From Chrysomallon squamiferum (taxonomy: Eukaryota; Animalia; Mollusca), in assembly GCA_012295275.1 (NCBI GenBank), contig CM022670.1, positions 15,190,001 through 15,254,000 of the forward strand: 64,000 bases of DNA. Direction: 5' to 3'. The notes beneath the pieces are model-generated. The model searched no databases. It had not been told where the DNA came from and worked only from the letters and a program-made list of their open reading frames with translations. A program made the translations under genes and the position numbers. Shown here piece by piece: positions 59,671 to 64,000 of this stretch; the first letter of the stretch is position 1; each line of letters opens with the position of its first letter.

Positions 59671-60418
59671 ATGGTGACAATGATAATGATGATTGAGACG
59701 ATATTGATGACACAATGAAATACAACTATGTAAAATGATTTACATTTTACAAATAATTTCGCACATACATTTAGAATGTCAACGTGTTCATATAACCGGG
59801 TTAGAAATTTATTTCTTGTATTTCTGTATTCCTTCTTTGGACATTTTTTTTTAAAATTATGATTGTTCTTGTTGTTGTTAATATTGTTGTTGCCTTGTCA
59901 GCGTAGAATATTTTACTCTGTTTTCCGTTCTTTCGTGCCACAGGGTTTCATTCTGAGGTAAAATTTTAATACTGTTTGTTTTTTCGACTCGTCTGAAACA
60001 AACGTGTACAAAACACCGATTCATAAGTTTTGTGCGTGTGAGAGATACTGAAGTGGTTTATTGTTTACTTTTTCAACTTTTCTTTTCTTTTCCTTCTCTG
60101 TCTGTTTAAATGTGTGGTTAACATTAAAAAATATACATATATAATAATAATAAATATTAATTTTAACAAAAATAGAAAATAAAACGAACACTGGGCATGT
60201 GAAATATTTACACAGTGAGATCAATAACTGATGTCTCAATATTACTGACAAGAAAGATCTGTGTTGGCGATTTCTGCATTTTTCTTTTTGACAAAATACA
60301 TTAAAAACAAAATTAATAAATAAAGAAATAAAGAAAAAAGTTTAAGCGCAATCGTAATATAAGTAAATACAAATAAAACAAATAGTATCAATTTTCAGGT
60401 GCATGAATATAAGTTCAG

Positions 60419-61870
60419 TTAAAATAAATATGGGACAATTCTGTGGGGAACTTTCTGCTGGTAATCTCTCCAAAATGTACCGTACTTCTTGCGACACTTT
60501 TCATCGTCGCGATAACTGCGGTGAAGTAACAGTATAATCAGCCACAAGAAATAACTGTATGGCATCACGTTCTCAAACAGCGCTGGGACGGACCAGCAGA
60601 ACGCAAGCAAGAGTTCAGGTAAGTAATGGAAATGACGAGCAAGACCCCAGAATCCTGACGTGAGAAGAATGCTTTCTTTTACGTCACCGTTCTCAAGCTG
60701 GTACTTGGCTCTGATAATCTCCGCTTTTTTGCCCCAGATGACGCAGTCACCGTCTGCATATCTAACCGTTTGCTTCTGAGCGTCAGCTTGGTAATTGATG
60801 TAGATGGATAAAATCCCCAGCGAAAGAACTGTTACCGTCCAAAAGGGACCTAAATGGACTGGATGCTTGACCATGTACAAACTAACAGAGGTGTACAGAC
60901 CTGGCACAAATACCAGACAACCCCAGCAAATATAATACCCTGCTCTGTCCAGCATAATATCAATGGTGCGCATGTACCCAGCCTCCCACCAGAAAAACTT
61001 AGCAAGATAAATTAGCTGAAGAACTGCCACAACAAACATACTGTCGACGAATCCATATAACTCGTAACTTTTTAGAGCAAACACACAGACAAGCAACGCC
61101 CATACCATCATGCCAAAACGACAGTTGGTGAAAACCTTTAGGTCAAATCCCCAAATTTTGGGATATAGTTCGGTTCCCCAGTAATAGTCAAATATCACAT
61201 TGCCGGTAGTACCAGAATCGGAGGTCGACGGGGCTAGAAGTCCTTTGAAGTAGAGAAATAAACAAAACAGAAAGCTGAAGATATTGAGACTGAACAAAAC
61301 CTCGTCAAATCTGTCATAAATAATAGAAGGAGTGAAGCCAAGCGGTCTTAGTAACAAAGTGCTAATCCAGAAAAGAGAAACTGTCAAAATAAAGTAAGCA
61401 AATCCATTGTCAGTGTACAAAGGAGTGTTGCCTTTGGGCGTGAGAGGTCCTGTAACTTGCTTCCCTGGCAGAAGTTTCATCATTGCCAGCGCATAGAGGC
61501 AGTATCCTGTAATAATGCTCGTCATGAGAAGACTACCAGAGTTGACTAGACCCCAGATATCAGTGAGGCCAGCGAAAAGAGAGCGGTTGTGAAAAACTGT
61601 CGCCATTTTAGCAAAGCTTCCATCACAGTGCACTGCCGTGTACCACAGCAGTATAACTATGTTCGGTGTGGTGGCGATCAGAAACAGAGGCATCACGGTC
61701 TTCGTGAAAATACGCTTCATTTTGCTGGTGAGTTTGTTCTGGGTCAGTTTCTCGTATCCCAGAATGCCGGTAGCAAGAGTCGTTCCATTAGTACTCGCAG
61801 CAGCCTCGGCTCTGTTTTTATTATCCTCATAGTTTTTTCTTTGTCTTGACTTTGTGCTATAACCGTTCAT
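60419..61870 (-). CDS. DHCR7: Sterol delta7-reductase, DWF5-type, copy C; intronless CDS, 483 aa
   Basis: Complete ORF with the same family motifs. Acceptor ttttgcag| at 61897 and likely ATG at 61870 (MNGYSTKSRQ). The track's N-terminal MGILFHTKKKK.. is intronic poly-T. The protein is clearly diverged from copy A. Confidence 0.93.
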   Translation of the reverse strand: MNGYSTKSRQRKNYEDNKNRAEAAASTNGTTLATGILGYEKLTQNKLTSKMKRIFTKTVMPLFLIATTPNIVILLWYTAVHCDGSFAKMATVFHNRSLFAGLTDIWGLVNSGSLLMTSIITGYCLYALAMMKLLPGKQVTGPLTPKGNTPLYTDNGFAYFILTVSLFWISTLLLRPLGFTPSIIYDRFDEVLFSLNIFSFLFCLFLYFKGLLAPSTSDSGTTGNVIFDYYWGTELYPKIWGFDLKVFTNCRFGMMVWALLVCVFALKSYELYGFVDSMFVVAVLQLIYLAKFFWWEAGYMRTIDIMLDRAGYYICWGCLVFVPGLYTSVSLYMVKHPVHLGPFWTVTVLSLGILSIYINYQADAQKQTVRYADGDCVIWGKKAEIIRAKYQLENGDVKESILLTSGFWGLARHFHYLPELLLAFCWSVPALFENVMPYSYFLWLIILLLHRSYRDDEKCRKKYGTFWRDYQQKVPHRIVPYLF

Positions 61871-62185
61871 ATCAGCTGGTTTGGTTAACTGGTCATTCTG
61901 CAAAAATATACGAAGTAAAATATAAATTGATATTTTTTTTTTTTTTTTTTTTTTTTTTGTATGGAATAAAATCCCCATCTCATATCTTGATCATAATGGC
62001 TAAAATTGTTTTTGAAAAAAAAAAAAAAAAAAAACCTAATGCAACTATTCGAGAGAGAGATTTCTTTTTTCTTAATTTATTATTTTAAAATATTTTAAAA
62101 CTATTTGTCTAGATTATTTAAGTAAAAACATTCATAAAGACTGAGTAATTGTGTTGTTATTTATTAATTTATTTATTAAATGCTC

Positions 62186-62269
<84 letters not shown>

Positions 62270-62357
62270 TAATAAAATAATAAAATAATAATAAGTAAAT
62301 AAAAAAGAAAGAAAGAAAGGAAAATAAAATTCTGAGAAAAATGTTTTAAAATGTTAC

Positions 62358-62409
62358 CATTATCATTGACAGTACGACCAAAAATCTTCAATATTCCAGC
62401 AGAATGCAC
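62358..62409 (-). other. Probable 5'UTR exon of reductase copy C
   Basis: ttttttcag|GTGCATTC...GATAATG|gtaaca on the minus strand; unique sequence between microsatellites. Confidence 0.45.
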
Positions 62410-63439
62410 CTGAAAAAAATAAAAAATAAAATAATAATAATAATAATAATAATAATAATTACGACGATGATGGCAGCAGAGGCAACAGCAGCAGCAGCAA
62501 CATTAACAACAGCAAAGACAGCAACGACGACAACAGTAATAACAATATTAACTACAGTAACAACAAATAAATAATGATAACAACACCACTTTACAAAAGA
62601 AGAAGAAAGAAATTCATTATTTTTTCAGGAGAACCGTAGACATAGGTTTCTTAACTCACAAATTCAGTGCACTAGCGAATGTTATCAGGCAAATGTTACA
62701 TATGTAAACGCTGATGTTACAAACGTACCACCTGTTGCTCGTTTCTCATTAATTGTCAGATAAAGATAAAAAAAAAAAAAAAAAAAAGTCGTTCGATCGC
62801 CTGCTTTAATCTAACAAATACAGTTTGCGCACATAATAACAAGGAATTATGTAAAAAATATGTTGTTCACGGAAATTTGTTGTAATTGATAGGCTTTACA
62901 ACTAGACGCTCTTGGCATTTTAATATATGTTTATGTAAGTGTGTATATATATATATATATAGATGCTTATGTGTATTTCAGTGTATATATGTGAGTGCAT
63001 ATGTGCGTATGTGAATGTATATACATGTTAGTTATATACCGGTAATTAAATAAACTAAAATTGACCTGATTATTATCACATTAGTTTTGTTAATTATTTT
63101 TATCTGAGTCTATGTTATTTTATTTTATTTTATTTTATTGATTTTACTTTTTTTTTTTTTTTTTTCATTTATTTATTAAATACTCCTCCTCCTACTACTA
63201 CTACTATTCTGTTCTATTCTATATATATATATATATTCTATTTTTAAGCTAGTAATTAGTAAACACATGTGTTTTGTTCTGTTTCGTAAGATTATTAATC
63301 CCTTATGCGATGCGATTAATCCGGATATCGCTTGGATCGGTATGTGGGGATTGAGTGTACACAAGACTTTAAAATCCATAAATTAGTACAGGCATTATAT
63401 TAATCAAGGACCAACAAATCTACATGGTGTATCGTGTAC

Positions 63440-63775
63440 ACTGACATTTTGTATAATGAAATTTAATAATATGTACAATGATATTAATAATATGTATACT
63501 GATATTTGATAATATGTACACTGATATTAATAATATGTATACTGATATTTAATAATATGTACACTGATATTTTATAATATGCATACAGATTTTTAAAATA
63601 TCGGTATTGATTTTTAACAGCATGTATACTGATATTTAGTAATTCATATGCTGGTACTTAAAAAATATATATACTGATGTTTGATAATATGTATACTGAC
63701 ATTTAATAATAAATATACTGATATTTAATAATATGTATACTGATATTTAATAATTCCTGTACTAATATTTAATAA
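63440..63775. repeat. 22-bp minisatellite (atatgtatactgatatttaata), ~14 degenerate copies
   Basis: Direct reading of the periodicity. Confidence 0.85.
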
Positions 63776-64000
63776 TATATGTATGGTTAGATGATGAGAT
63801 AATCATTAAGTAACCAAATAACAGCTCAAACTTAATTAACAGATATAAGCTAATAATCCTAATATTTAACGTTTCGTTGACAAGTTCAGTGCAAAAAACA
63901 CTGACAAAGTACAAACGTCCACAATCGAAACAAAAATAGCAGTAACTGATGTTTAATAACAATAATAAAAAACATCAATAATAACATTACTGGTGCTTTA

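Overview
AT-rich, microsatellite-dense, intron-containing animal DNA, probably a mollusc or other lophotrochozoan (inferred from composition only). It is not prokaryotic, and most entries in the ORF track are microsatellite artefacts. The main structure is a ~38 kb head-to-head inverted duplication (arms ~9290-27115 and ~30365-46960, spacer ~3.2 kb). Each arm carries (i) a 16-coding-exon gene for a ~1,250-aa protein with two tandem, degenerate tyrosine-kinase-like domains and (ii) a copy of a sterol delta7-reductase gene, which is an intact ORF on the left arm and a pseudogene on the right. Both kinase copies carry lesions as assembled, but at different sites. A second, diverged, intact delta7-reductase lies at 60419-61870. 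Both reductases are single-exon ORFs of the plant DWF5 type rather than the vertebrate DHCR7 type. An ~8.3 kb three-level satellite (hairpin subunit, ~105-bp monomer, ~2-kb unit with one GC-rich element) sits between ~1.3 kb direct repeats. The window also has LINE fragments, small foldbacks and a nested palindrome at the kinase 5' end. All alignments and family calls were made by eye, and no searches were run.
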